The translations under genes were made by a program, and so were the position numbers. The notes under the pieces are model-generated. The model had not been told where the DNA came from, ran no database searches, and saw only the letters and a list, made by a program, of their open reading frames with translations. From a virus (lineage: Duplodnaviria; Caudoviricetes), in the IMG/VR virus record IMGVR_UViG_3300028549_001457, positions 192,001 through 256,000 of that record: DNA of 64,000 nucleotides. One strand, given 5' to 3'. Positions 26,001-34,965 of this stretch are shown piece by piece (position 1 is the first letter of the stretch; every line of letters starts with the position of its first letter).

Positions 26001-26952
26001 TAGAATTGCCGAAATCCTAGACAGATCTACTGTCCATAGTGCTTCGTTTAAGGAAGCTGCCATGGCTGAGTTGAACGCTCAGAAGGGTCTAATGGGCTTC
26101 CTAACTGTTATGCCTCATTTTGCTGGGTCGTGCAGTGTCACTCATGGGAAACATTTTGCGGCAAATGCTAAGGATAAACGCAAGTTTCCATTCCATTCTG
26201 TAACCAAGATTGCTGCTTGCTCAAAGTGTCAGAATTGCGTTAAGAATGTCTCCGGTGGGGAGCGTTGCTCTCTTTATGGAAAACCTTTGGTATCCACCCT
26301 AGCTGATATGAAGCTGGTTGCAGCGACTGCCTTCCCTGCAATGATTCCCAAGTTGGCCGCTGCCACTAAGGAAGATTTAGCCAAGGAAGCTCTTCCGTAT
26401 CTAGCTCAGAGTATTGGTGTCTCCGAGGATCACCCCTCCCTCAAGGCTTTTAACATGCCTTCTGAAAAGGTTGAACCAGAGGAAACGGAACTAGAGAATG
26501 CTGCGGTAGAAACTGAGAAGGATGTTGTTGAGGGCACTTCCAAGAATGTAATGGATATTGCAATGGAAGCCTCCAAACCTAAGACTCAGGATCTCGAAGC
26601 CATTACAACCAAGATTAAGGAAGCTTTCGTAGCTAAGAAGACCCCACAGCAAGTCTATGACAGTATGAAGATAGCTTTCAGAGCTGCCGATAGGCCTCAA
26701 CTGCAACGTTTAGTTAGTAGAATTGCTGGGCAGACCAATCTAACTCAGAGTCAATCATCTGCAAATGGTGAAGTCTATACCGAAATAACTACAAATGACA
26801 ATGTTTTTGGTGATACCCTTAAGCAATTAGCCGAAGAGCAAATAGCTAAAGAACAGCCCACCTTGACTGATGGGATCGTAGATATCAATGAAATGTCGGT
26901 TCAGTCAGATACCCCTGAAGAATTCGGCATCCTGCAAGATTACATTAGGTAG
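23023..26952 (+). CDS. large polyvalent protein with inorganic-pyrophosphatase-like (InPase) domain and two Cys-rich repeats
   Basis: G.DPQGNAW.....DYGEI.DTVGGDGEAIDVFLGP...DEIKVGLGF..LEDARDAYLS; repeats SC.VTH...(Y/F)H.V...AC..C.N...C.LY.KP.V. Confidence 0.7.
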   Translation: MSKTEVVLAFSQLPEDCQNPFKSLYPEIVPETPVAIVIDPEGRSLDFTVGAREMTFGPSNENYSVFLQGCYRMLFSAAQKQGWMNQFPTDGPAATVAEEAAPVVASSPAPPAPKQASNVDMEARVAALTAKLASLPKSPEVESMKAKLASVSGKVKTASSDPSPKPEDKLYVRPLDFVNTLRDDWNSWADEHGGQESMNKQGGIDILAKHQASKEASEQFGFTHEASAPWVNPKGLLVADDSKLVAQLRVRTAGLTTDSNVNGEAQLMGTTENPVQDVANGSVKEVATAKSASSLDFRPDVTTSSVKKAYSPVIAQAVNKYVAEHAGSEVTLPELKQQVKSITSSWKEMLHYMQDFSLLKAVGTDRVVILNRDLVADLQVLPTKMAAAKTAESFYARVWVKPDGSLVEVKGSVNDGVYHSTVALEQGFNTQEDAFLAGWVRAGFVFGTNGYMEFNADKLRDAQVHALQTHFSLNGATEVTLEDYRGGTSSVYIKDFYEMNAQACVKEVTRRNAYASVKKARNCNAEPVTTTFGTFPIRIDCPAGCKVSGVDPQGNAWESIQSVDYGEIIDTVGGDGEAIDVFLGPDTNAPWVFIVNQTKYDDSQDKVVPDEIKVGLGFWSLEDARDAYLSMFENGWTNYDSNIVTTSTDSLREWLESTHGAKNVTADDFTLTTGTPEVVQPTPVVAPEVFRSISNAPITSYVASVDHDIPAPHQADVLTMFQDPSVRPMDATSAKVATLFAKQTVDHTRGHQASFDAHTRASIESAVKVSVESHKANLTPARTSSSRIAEIITAELNLGYSPEECDHRASLVSYFGSDQKTFRRTLAKLAGIAGNLVLQPNFIKNSCTVTHAALNGQHKATRSKTPYHAVASTSACAGCTNYKCNSQGVKHCALYSKPIVASVEEMHKLANSVWGVSQEAMTPTGLSKRAAAHLASKNSTASKSPLPTITAAVDFGDGAESRPSPSLKASIPTASVAPKTYIVAALSQGQTPARIAEILDRSTVHSASFKEAAMAELNAQKGLMGFLTVMPHFAGSCSVTHGKHFAANAKDKRKFPFHSVTKIAACSKCQNCVKNVSGGERCSLYGKPLVSTLADMKLVAATAFPAMIPKLAAATKEDLAKEALPYLAQSIGVSEDHPSLKAFNMPSEKVEPEETELENAAVETEKDVVEGTSKNVMDIAMEASKPKTQDLEAITTKIKEAFVAKKTPQQVYDSMKIAFRAADRPQLQRLVSRIAGQTNLTQSQSSANGEVYTEITTNDNVFGDTLKQLAEEQIAKEQPTLTDGIVDINEMSVQSDTPEEFGILQDYIR

Positions 26953-26970
26953 CCCTCCGTAAGGACTCAA

Positions 26971-27690
26971 ATGGATGACCCGGCTCTTCCTCAATCGTCT
27001 CTCTCTAGAGTGCTGCCATTAGCTTTAAACGGCCCCTCTAGAGAGAGCTATTCTTCTGCCCCAGGAGTTTCTTTATCTGGGATACCCCCAGCTTCCTCAC
27101 AACCCCCCGAGGTTCATACAAAGTATGCCCTTCCGGATATTGTTGGGTTCCAAGCGTTATTAGATGACCCGAGTGCTGATATCAAGGATCTCCATGCTCA
27201 GTTAACTCGAATGATGGGGGTAATGGCCCTCATTCTAATGCAAGAAGCTGCTGCTAAGGCCCCGTCTTTTAATAGAGCCCAGACGGGATCCAGAGCGGTG
27301 GAAGCTCTTCGCGCTCTATCCATGACGCTGCAAGAGCGTGAAAAATCCCTCTATAAAGATCGGCTCGACTTTGATAGCCCTCGCTTGCAAGCCTTTATTG
27401 ATGCTCTTTGGGACCTCATTGAGAATGTCATGAAGGATTGTGGTTTCTCGGAAGATCAAGTTAATAATTTCTTTCTCGTTCTGCAAAGTAGACTACCTGC
27501 ATTTGAAGAGAAACAAAAGAAGTTTGTTAACTCAGTTTCTTTTAATGCTTCAAAACACGGTGCGGGTATTGAGCGTTCGGAAGATGCAAATCTCATGAAT
27601 AAAAAACGCGAAAAGGCTATTAAGCATGAAGACCTTGAAGGCGTTGCCATTAAGATTCCGCCCCTCCCCACCGCCGATGATCACGCCTAG
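26971..27690 (+). CDS. hypothetical helical protein (possible terminase small subunit by position)
   Basis: upstream of terL; no motif proof. Confidence 0.45.
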   Translation: MDDPALPQSSLSRVLPLALNGPSRESYSSAPGVSLSGIPPASSQPPEVHTKYALPDIVGFQALLDDPSADIKDLHAQLTRMMGVMALILMQEAAAKAPSFNRAQTGSRAVEALRALSMTLQEREKSLYKDRLDFDSPRLQAFIDALWDLIENVMKDCGFSEDQVNNFFLVLQSRLPAFEEKQKKFVNSVSFNASKHGAGIERSEDANLMNKKREKAIKHEDLEGVAIKIPPLPTADDHA

Positions 27691-27699
27691 GTAAAGTGT

Positions 27700-28377
27700 A
27701 TGTTAAGAGTGTCTCGCCTGTTTTTAGCTGATTCTAACCCAAGATATAAGTATCCTAGAACGTTTCATATTCCGGGGAGCCCTGGGGCTACCTCAGATGA
27801 TAAAATATTAAGTAGTATGGATCATTTTAAAGGACAAGAGGTCGTAATAACTGAGAAAATGGATGGGGAAAATACAACCATTTACCCTGACTATTTGCAT
27901 TCTCGATCACTAGATAGTAATAACCATCCCTCAAGGAATTGGGTGAAACGACTCCAGAGTGAGATTGGTTATAAGATACCTGATGGAATGCGGATCTGTG
28001 GGGAGAATGTTTTCGCCCAGCATTCACTCGGGTATGATAAGCTTCCCAGTTATTTCTTAGTGTTTAGTGTATGGGAGGGAGATACGTGTTTGTCCTGGGA
28101 TGACACGGTTCTAATTTGCAATGAACTCAATTTAAAAACAGTTCCAATTCTCTATAAAGGACCCTTTGTGGAGGATAACCTAGAGAAGAAATTTTTCTCG
28201 GGGACCTCTTCTTTTGGGGGTGGGCAGGAGGGTTTTGTAGTTAGGTTGGCTAGGGCGTTTAACCGTGCGGAATTCTCAAAAGCACTCGCTAAATGGGTGC
28301 GGCCAAATCATGTCCAAACTGAGACACACTGGACACAACAGCCAATAGTTCCTAATAAGCTAGAAGAGGGGGACTAG
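27700..28377 (+). CDS. ATP-dependent RNA ligase (nucleotidyltransferase domain) with MLRVSRLFLA leader
   Basis: KYPRTFH, ITEKMDGEN (motif I), ICGEN, FLVF, EGFVVR, AKWVR. Confidence 0.88.
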   Translation: MLRVSRLFLADSNPRYKYPRTFHIPGSPGATSDDKILSSMDHFKGQEVVITEKMDGENTTIYPDYLHSRSLDSNNHPSRNWVKRLQSEIGYKIPDGMRICGENVFAQHSLGYDKLPSYFLVFSVWEGDTCLSWDDTVLICNELNLKTVPILYKGPFVEDNLEKKFFSGTSSFGGGQEGFVVRLARAFNRAEFSKALAKWVRPNHVQTETHWTQQPIVPNKLEEGD

Positions 28378-28424
28378 GTTTTCCTTTTAGTGATGCCCCT
28401 GGAGCATCCAAATGGAGTTCATAA

Positions 28425-31400
28425 ATGTCTTTACTTGCTAATTCACTAAATAAGCGTGTTAAGCGTAATCTGGTTTCAATTTTAGACTTTGCAGAAGCAG
28501 CGTGGGGGCCTCAAATTGAGCTAACCCCGGCACAAAGATTCTCGGTCAAGTTAATTTATAAGATACCCTTGGATGACAAGGCAAAAGTCATCCGAGTATG
28601 GGATAAGTTCAAAGAGAACTTGCTCTACACCCTTACTGAGACTGAATATCGAAAATATTTAAACGAAGAAGTTGGTAGATTAAATCTCACCCATGATATG
28701 GCTCACATAGAGGGTAACTTCAGCACTTTCATTCGCTGTTGGGGCAGGAGGTCGGGCAAAACGTGCCTACATTCCACGCTAATTAATACACACGATAATG
28801 GACTAGTTAAAATAAGTGATCTTTGGCCTCTAGAGGATAAGGTTAAGGATAACTATATGCCTCTAATTTCCCCGACTTTTGTCATGACTGATCGAGGATG
28901 GAAACAGGCTACTGAGATTTACTACGGAGGGGTTAAGAAACTCTTAAAACTGAAGCTAAGCAACGGAATCTCAGTGGAGCCTTCCCCAGAACATAAATTC
29001 AGGACCCTTGATCTTGAAGGGGCCTATGTCTGGAAATTGGCTGGGGATTTCGTGGTGGGGGATACGTTTTGTTTACTGGCTGAAACACCTATAAGTGAAG
29101 CTCCCACTTCTAAGGACACACTAGAATCAGCTCTTTTCCTTGGGATGCTCTATGGGGATGGTTGGTGGGGTGATGAGTATTCCCTGGGTTTATGCAGTCA
29201 TAAATCTGAGTGGGGGTTGGTTAACTTTGTGGATAGTTTTTTAACAACGCATGAACTTTCTCACCGTAAAAGTGTCTACACAACAAATAGCAACGTATGG
29301 GCTTGGACTATCCATGCATCTTCAGGAAGACCCTTCAAAAGGACGTGGGGTCTCACGTCATACCAGGAGAGTCAAAAAAGAGTTTCTGAAAAAATATTGG
29401 CCTTTCCCCCTGAAGCCCGTAAAGCCTTCCTCTCAGGATTGCTTGCAACAGATGGGCATGTAACTAAAGATTTAGGTCATTTTGAAATTACCCTAAAGCC
29501 TAAAGGCCTCATCGAGGATATTCAGCAGTTATTTCTCTCATTAGGTGTGCATTCAACCATCCACCAGAAAGTTGTAAAGCCTAAGCCAGGGAACCAGGGT
29601 GGAACCTATTGGAAACTTACCACGGTAGGCGCAAACACAAATAAGCTTCTGGACATCTTTAAGTATTGCCCACTAAAGCGTAAGACAGAAGAGCTATTGA
29701 CCAAGCAAGCCAAGCATTCTTATAAGTCTTCTTTCGGCGCTTACGACAATCTGCTGCCTAGATTCGAACGTATTTTCTCACAGCATTCCTTCGGCTATCA
29801 CACTGATCGCACCAAGTCATTTAAAATCACCCCTAAGGGCTTCAATGATTACTATGCCTATTATCAAAAATATCTTGAAGTCTATGCTCATGCACATACA
29901 CTGAGTGCTAGTGACCTCCTTCATTTCCAAAAAGCTAATAACCGCAGAACTACAGGGCTTGAGATTGGCAGAGCTATTTCTAAGGCTATTGCTGATTATA
30001 GGAAGGATTCTCAAGACTCTCAGATTGGACAATCACTTCCTTCACCGGAGTTTACTAAAGAACTGGAAGAACTTAAGTGGATTTTTGATACAATAATCCC
30101 GCTTGAGATTGTCTCCATTGAAGAGTCCGAGGGAGAAGTTTACGACTTACATGTTCCTGATGGGAACACCTACCTAGCAAATGGTATAGTTTCTCATAAT
30201 TCTGAGATCACCGCATTGGATATGGCATATGGGATCTACTTACTCCTTGAGAAGTATAACCCCCATGATTATTACCATATGCCACCCAACACCGAAATCT
30301 TTATCCCTGTGCTGGGAACCTCTCAGGATTCATCTAAACGAACTTTCCGCAAAGTTCGCAATATGTTGTCAAGCTCTGGATACTTCACAAACTACTGCAA
30401 CAAAGAAGATCTGCAGGAACTATTCTGTAAAATATACACACCGTTCCAGCGTGAGCAAAATGCACAGTTCCCGTCTATTATTGTTCAAGCGTTCCCTCTA
30501 TCTGAATCCCAGGTTCGTGGCCCTGCATCTTACAGGTCTGTTTGCGATGAGATCGCTCACTGGCCGCATAGGGGTGCGGTATCAGATCTAGAGGTGCTGA
30601 AGGCTATTGAACCTTCGTTAGCCACATTTAAAACTTCAGAAGACTCCCACTCTGAAGCTATGATTTTCCTGATCTCTAACGCGGGGGTGCGCTCGGGCCA
30701 GTTCTTTGAAATGATTGAAAAGGCTAAAAAAGAGGGGGATAATGCATCAGCCATTGTGTATCAGGCACCTACCTGCGAATTAAACCCTACACGAATTAGT
30801 TCTCATGAACTTTTAGCTTACTTCAATAGGTATGGTGACACCGCTTACCGTACCGAGTATCAGTCTGAATTTGTGGATTCGATCTCTCAGTGGCTCTCCA
30901 TGGAAGAGTTAAATGAGATGTTCAATCAATCCAGATCCAATAATACTATTAGACAGAATAACCCCACACTTGCATACCAGTATTTCCCTAAAGCTATCTG
31001 GCCTCAATACTTTTATGGTTTCGACTTGGGGTTGAAGAATGACGCTGCTGCGGTAGCTATTTGCCATTGGGAAACTAATGAGTTGCTGGCAACCCGTAAA
31101 TTGGTCTTTGATTATGTAGATCGTAGAAAAGCTGGAGAAGGCCAGTATGCACATAAGAAAGAGCTAACCGGGGATGATATCGTTGAATGGCTCTACCAGT
31201 TATCTCAAGTATACCCCATTGCAGATGGTGTTTATGACCAATGGTCTGGGACTCTTTTTGGGCAAATGTTAGCCAAAAAGGGCATTAAGGGCCTTAGAAT
31301 GGAATCTTTCACTGAGTCAACCAATTCCCTCGTATACCTATCCTTTCGTGCATTATCATTAAATCAAGAGCTAAATATCCCCACGCTTAACAATAAAGAT

Positions 31401-31718
31401 CTTGAGAACGAAATTCAGCTTCTGCAATGTGAGTTGCGTCCTGGGAATCGAATTAAGGTTGAGGCCCCCCACGGAGACGAATACCACGATGATAGAGCTG
31501 ACGCTATCGCAAGAGCTTGCTGGGTGGCCATGGGCTTCCTAGAGTCACGAGGGTCAGGAAAGGCTCCAGCTCAGCAGGTAACTCGTATGGGGACCGTCTC
31601 GGGTAACCCTGGGTATATGACCGACAGGGGTGCAGTTTCTCGCTACCGAGCAAGTGCCGCTAGTGACCCTAGATCCTTTGCTCGGATGATGGCTATCAAG
31701 CAGAGTAAGAAGAGATAA
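28425..31718 (+). CDS. terL: terminase large subunit containing an intein
   Basis: Walker A GRRSGKT|S interrupted by the intein, Walker B VCDEIAH, C-terminal nuclease GFDLGLKND...DDRADA. Confidence 0.92.
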   Translation: MSLLANSLNKRVKRNLVSILDFAEAAWGPQIELTPAQRFSVKLIYKIPLDDKAKVIRVWDKFKENLLYTLTETEYRKYLNEEVGRLNLTHDMAHIEGNFSTFIRCWGRRSGKTCLHSTLINTHDNGLVKISDLWPLEDKVKDNYMPLISPTFVMTDRGWKQATEIYYGGVKKLLKLKLSNGISVEPSPEHKFRTLDLEGAYVWKLAGDFVVGDTFCLLAETPISEAPTSKDTLESALFLGMLYGDGWWGDEYSLGLCSHKSEWGLVNFVDSFLTTHELSHRKSVYTTNSNVWAWTIHASSGRPFKRTWGLTSYQESQKRVSEKILAFPPEARKAFLSGLLATDGHVTKDLGHFEITLKPKGLIEDIQQLFLSLGVHSTIHQKVVKPKPGNQGGTYWKLTTVGANTNKLLDIFKYCPLKRKTEELLTKQAKHSYKSSFGAYDNLLPRFERIFSQHSFGYHTDRTKSFKITPKGFNDYYAYYQKYLEVYAHAHTLSASDLLHFQKANNRRTTGLEIGRAISKAIADYRKDSQDSQIGQSLPSPEFTKELEELKWIFDTIIPLEIVSIEESEGEVYDLHVPDGNTYLANGIVSHNSEITALDMAYGIYLLLEKYNPHDYYHMPPNTEIFIPVLGTSQDSSKRTFRKVRNMLSSSGYFTNYCNKEDLQELFCKIYTPFQREQNAQFPSIIVQAFPLSESQVRGPASYRSVCDEIAHWPHRGAVSDLEVLKAIEPSLATFKTSEDSHSEAMIFLISNAGVRSGQFFEMIEKAKKEGDNASAIVYQAPTCELNPTRISSHELLAYFNRYGDTAYRTEYQSEFVDSISQWLSMEELNEMFNQSRSNNTIRQNNPTLAYQYFPKAIWPQYFYGFDLGLKNDAAAVAICHWETNELLATRKLVFDYVDRRKAGEGQYAHKKELTGDDIVEWLYQLSQVYPIADGVYDQWSGTLFGQMLAKKGIKGLRMESFTESTNSLVYLSFRALSLNQELNIPTLNNKDLENEIQLLQCELRPGNRIKVEAPHGDEYHDDRADAIARACWVAMGFLESRGSGKAPAQQVTRMGTVSGNPGYMTDRGAVSRYRASAASDPRSFARMMAIKQSKKR
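28764..30200 (+). mobile_element. 479-aa intein with LAGLIDADG homing endonuclease, in terL
   Basis: C1 after GKT, block B SPEH, LGMLYGDG and FLSGLLATDG motifs, VYDLHV...VSHN|S. Confidence 0.93.
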
Positions 31719-31720
31719 TC

Positions 31721-32218
31721 ATGGCGAACTGTGTGGCTGGGGGCACGTATATCATAACAGAGTCAGGATTCCATAAATTGAAGGATCTTTGGCCAGAGGA
31801 ACTTCCGCTTATTCCTGACACACTCCACACATTTCCCAAGCCTGTTAAAATAGCGACTGATTTGGGGCCTGGGGACGCTACCGAAATGTACTATGGAGGT
31901 CCCAGAAAAGTTCTTGTTATAAGCTTTTCAAGTGGGATAACTCTGTCCATGACGCCAGAGCACATCCTGAAAGTACCTTCTATTACAGAGGACCTCCATG
32001 AGGTTGCTGTCTGGAAGTATGGGTGTGACTTAAGGGAGGGCGATCAGGTTTACTGGGTTGGGTTGTATGATCTTAGCCAGGAAAATACTGATGAAATGTA
32101 TCTTGTTGACCATACTTCAATTGTATCTATTTCAGATGGCCTAGAGGATGTTTACGACATTAGAGTCCCAATAATTTGCACATATATAACCAATGGGGTT
32201 GTCTCTCATAACAGCTAA
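31721..32218 (+). CDS. free-standing mini-intein (Hint domain) flanked only by MAN and S
   Basis: MAN|CVAGGT...TPEH...VYDIRV...VVSHN|S*; clear paralog of the terL intein splicing domain. Confidence 0.88.
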   Translation: MANCVAGGTYIITESGFHKLKDLWPEELPLIPDTLHTFPKPVKIATDLGPGDATEMYYGGPRKVLVISFSSGITLSMTPEHILKVPSITEDLHEVAVWKYGCDLREGDQVYWVGLYDLSQENTDEMYLVDHTSIVSISDGLEDVYDIRVPIICTYITNGVVSHNS

Positions 32219-32268
32219 CCCCCAAAGTCACTTTAATTGGACTCTGATATATTTTAGAGGTAGCATAC

Positions 32269-34965
32269 ATGACAAAGAAAAAAGTTGCCGCAGCAAAGCC
32301 CACAAGTATCCCAGCTTCATTTAGTGGGAGTTCTGTGACTACCTCCGTTTCTCTAGGTGTCCCTAAGTATTCTCAATCCATGTCTTCTGTGGAGAGAATG
32401 GATAATCTGCGTCAGATGCGTAGCCAAAAAACAGCCTCGTCCCACACGGCTCTTTTTGGGGTTGGTGGTGGTATGGGTGGGGCTACTGGATCTCTCAATC
32501 CTTCAAATTACACTAACCCTTATACCCATAACTTCCCGGTAGATATTCTTGAACGTCCGCAAAGTAGGCAGGAGCAGATCGAGTGGAACGTCAGATGGTA
32601 CCGTGAGAACCCCATTGTTAGGCGGGTAATTGATCTTCATTCTCAGCTACCGCTGTCTAAAATGACTATCACAAAACCTGCTTCGTCTTCACAGGCATTT
32701 AGCAATTATGTCCATAAATTCTTCTTGGACATGGCTAAGAATATGAAGCTGATACCTAAATTGAGAAGCAACCTGGGGAAGGCATATTGGCTTCATGGGG
32801 ATGATTTCATCTTCCTAGAAGACCAGAAATTAGACCCTAATGCTACGAATGATAGTGAGTATCAAACAGTTCCAAGTGAATACGATAACCAAGCTAGAAC
32901 AAACTTCTTTGACGTCCACCGGCATATACATACGTCATCCCAAAAAGATTGGGACGTCAAATACGCGAAAATGCTAGCAAATCCCCTGTTTGCACTGGTC
33001 CCCCAATTGCGAGAGCAGGCCCTTCAGGGGTCAACCCCTCGTCCCTCGGGGCCTTTCTTAGATGAGTGTGAATTTAAAGATGTTTTTGGTAATGACGCAA
33101 ACTCGTTTCTACAAGTAATCCATACACTTAAAAATGCGGCTTACGAGTTGAAGAAATTTGCTGATACCATTAATGGTAAGCGTAAAGCGGATATTTCTCG
33201 TCTAAATCCCTTGGTGCTTGCTAAGTTAGGTCCTGAGTTTTTATCGTATAAACATCACAGTGCGTATGTAGCCTACAAAAGTGGATCTGTTAAGACTGCA
33301 GAAGTTAAGGTTGCGGCTGAGGATTCTGAGGGTCCCAATGATGTAGATATGGCACTTGATCCATCCAAACGTCCGGTGTTTAAGCTCATCGGGTTGGACC
33401 CCATTAATGTCCAGAATATCCCAAGAAATGAACGCTCTGTTAGCCCCACGCCAAACCTTGATTTTCAGAAGTTCTTGCAGGATAACCCGACTATTCAGAA
33501 GGCGCTTTCGGAGCTACCTAATCCAAATGAGCCCGTTCAAATCAATAAAACTGAGGAGGATGTCAGTGTAATGGTGTATGGACCCGATGGGGTTACGCCG
33601 TTGCGAGAGGATGATACTTTTGCGAAAACCCCAGAGGAAGATTCAGACATGGGTATGGGGGATATAGCCGACTTAGACATGGGGCCACTCCCAGATGACA
33701 TTATGGCCTCCCCCGAAAATGACCCTGAATATATTGAAAATCTTGAAATCTATAATAAAAACTTAGTTCGCAAGAAGGAGCTTCTTGAAAAACTAATAGA
33801 TGAATTAACGTCTAAAGCAACCGACTATAGATGCTTTGCTAATATTAAATATCCTAAATATAAGGGTTGGCAAGCTATGCGGTCCTTGCCTCCCCATCAA
33901 ATTGAGGTGGCAAGAAAATCCAATTCAGATGTTAAAGAAATATTTTATATCCCATCTGAAGAAGAAGCCGCAACTATCCAAGCCAATTTTGATGATTTAT
34001 CTGAGGAGGCTCAAGGCTACTGGAAGGCTAAAAAGCGGCTGTTGTTATCGTCTGAAACATCAAATGAGCCCAGTCTAACCAATAAGGACCTTCCCGCAGA
34101 CGGGTCTTACTGTGTCCAAGTATCTAACGCCCGTTCTGACTTTGAGTTGTATGGGCATGGATTAGTAGAGCCCTGTTTACGTGACTTGATTCACGATGAT
34201 AAAATTGGGCAGGTAAAGAGCCAAACTTTCGCTAGGAATATGCAGCCTAAGAGACTCGTGGTGGCGGAGGGAGTCGATGACGCTACGTTGGCCAAACTAC
34301 AGGATATGGTGGATGCTTCCACGGTAGACCCAGACGTCTCTATTATTACTAATTATCCAGTTACTTGGCAAGAAATGGGTGTTGGAGACCGCATTCAGAG
34401 TTTTGAAGGTGAGTATTCTCATATTCTTACCAATTTAACTGCTGGATTAGCGTTCTTCCAGGAGTTTATTACTGGACAGATCTCCTATGGTGGGTCTAAG
34501 ACTCCACAGGAAATCATGAACACTATGTATTTAGCCTTCAGAGAAGACATTTCATTTTTTATCCAGGAGTGCATCTTTAGACCTGTTGCAGAACGTAAAG
34601 GTTTTTATGATGTGGATGAATTTGGGCAGAAAATCCTTATATACCCAAATATATCATTCTCCAGATTGGCTATCCGTGATGCCGGTGATACCTATGACAT
34701 GCTAATAAATCTCTACCTTAAGGGTTCCGTATCTATTTCTAGAATTTATGAGATCCTGAATATTGATGAAGAAGAGGAAACCCAGAAACTTGAGGATGAA
34801 CTCTTTACTATTAAGGACCCCAAATTCACAGAGCTTCTTGCGGGTATCTACCAGAATGTTGCACAGACCCTCGTTGAACGAACTAACATAACTGAAATGT
34901 TAGCCAAGAATATGGGTTTGACATATGAAGAACCCTCAGATGATGGTGGAGGCCCTCCTCTATAA
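32269..34965 (+). CDS. portal protein with large central insertion
   Basis: follows terL; ENPIVRRVIDLH..LPLS, YW..GD.F, YGHGLV, terminal helical region typical of jumbo-phage portals. Confidence 0.72.
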   Translation: MTKKKVAAAKPTSIPASFSGSSVTTSVSLGVPKYSQSMSSVERMDNLRQMRSQKTASSHTALFGVGGGMGGATGSLNPSNYTNPYTHNFPVDILERPQSRQEQIEWNVRWYRENPIVRRVIDLHSQLPLSKMTITKPASSSQAFSNYVHKFFLDMAKNMKLIPKLRSNLGKAYWLHGDDFIFLEDQKLDPNATNDSEYQTVPSEYDNQARTNFFDVHRHIHTSSQKDWDVKYAKMLANPLFALVPQLREQALQGSTPRPSGPFLDECEFKDVFGNDANSFLQVIHTLKNAAYELKKFADTINGKRKADISRLNPLVLAKLGPEFLSYKHHSAYVAYKSGSVKTAEVKVAAEDSEGPNDVDMALDPSKRPVFKLIGLDPINVQNIPRNERSVSPTPNLDFQKFLQDNPTIQKALSELPNPNEPVQINKTEEDVSVMVYGPDGVTPLREDDTFAKTPEEDSDMGMGDIADLDMGPLPDDIMASPENDPEYIENLEIYNKNLVRKKELLEKLIDELTSKATDYRCFANIKYPKYKGWQAMRSLPPHQIEVARKSNSDVKEIFYIPSEEEAATIQANFDDLSEEAQGYWKAKKRLLLSSETSNEPSLTNKDLPADGSYCVQVSNARSDFELYGHGLVEPCLRDLIHDDKIGQVKSQTFARNMQPKRLVVAEGVDDATLAKLQDMVDASTVDPDVSIITNYPVTWQEMGVGDRIQSFEGEYSHILTNLTAGLAFFQEFITGQISYGGSKTPQEIMNTMYLAFREDISFFIQECIFRPVAERKGFYDVDEFGQKILIYPNISFSRLAIRDAGDTYDMLINLYLKGSVSISRIYEILNIDEEEETQKLEDELFTIKDPKFTELLAGIYQNVAQTLVERTNITEMLAKNMGLTYEEPSDDGGGPPL

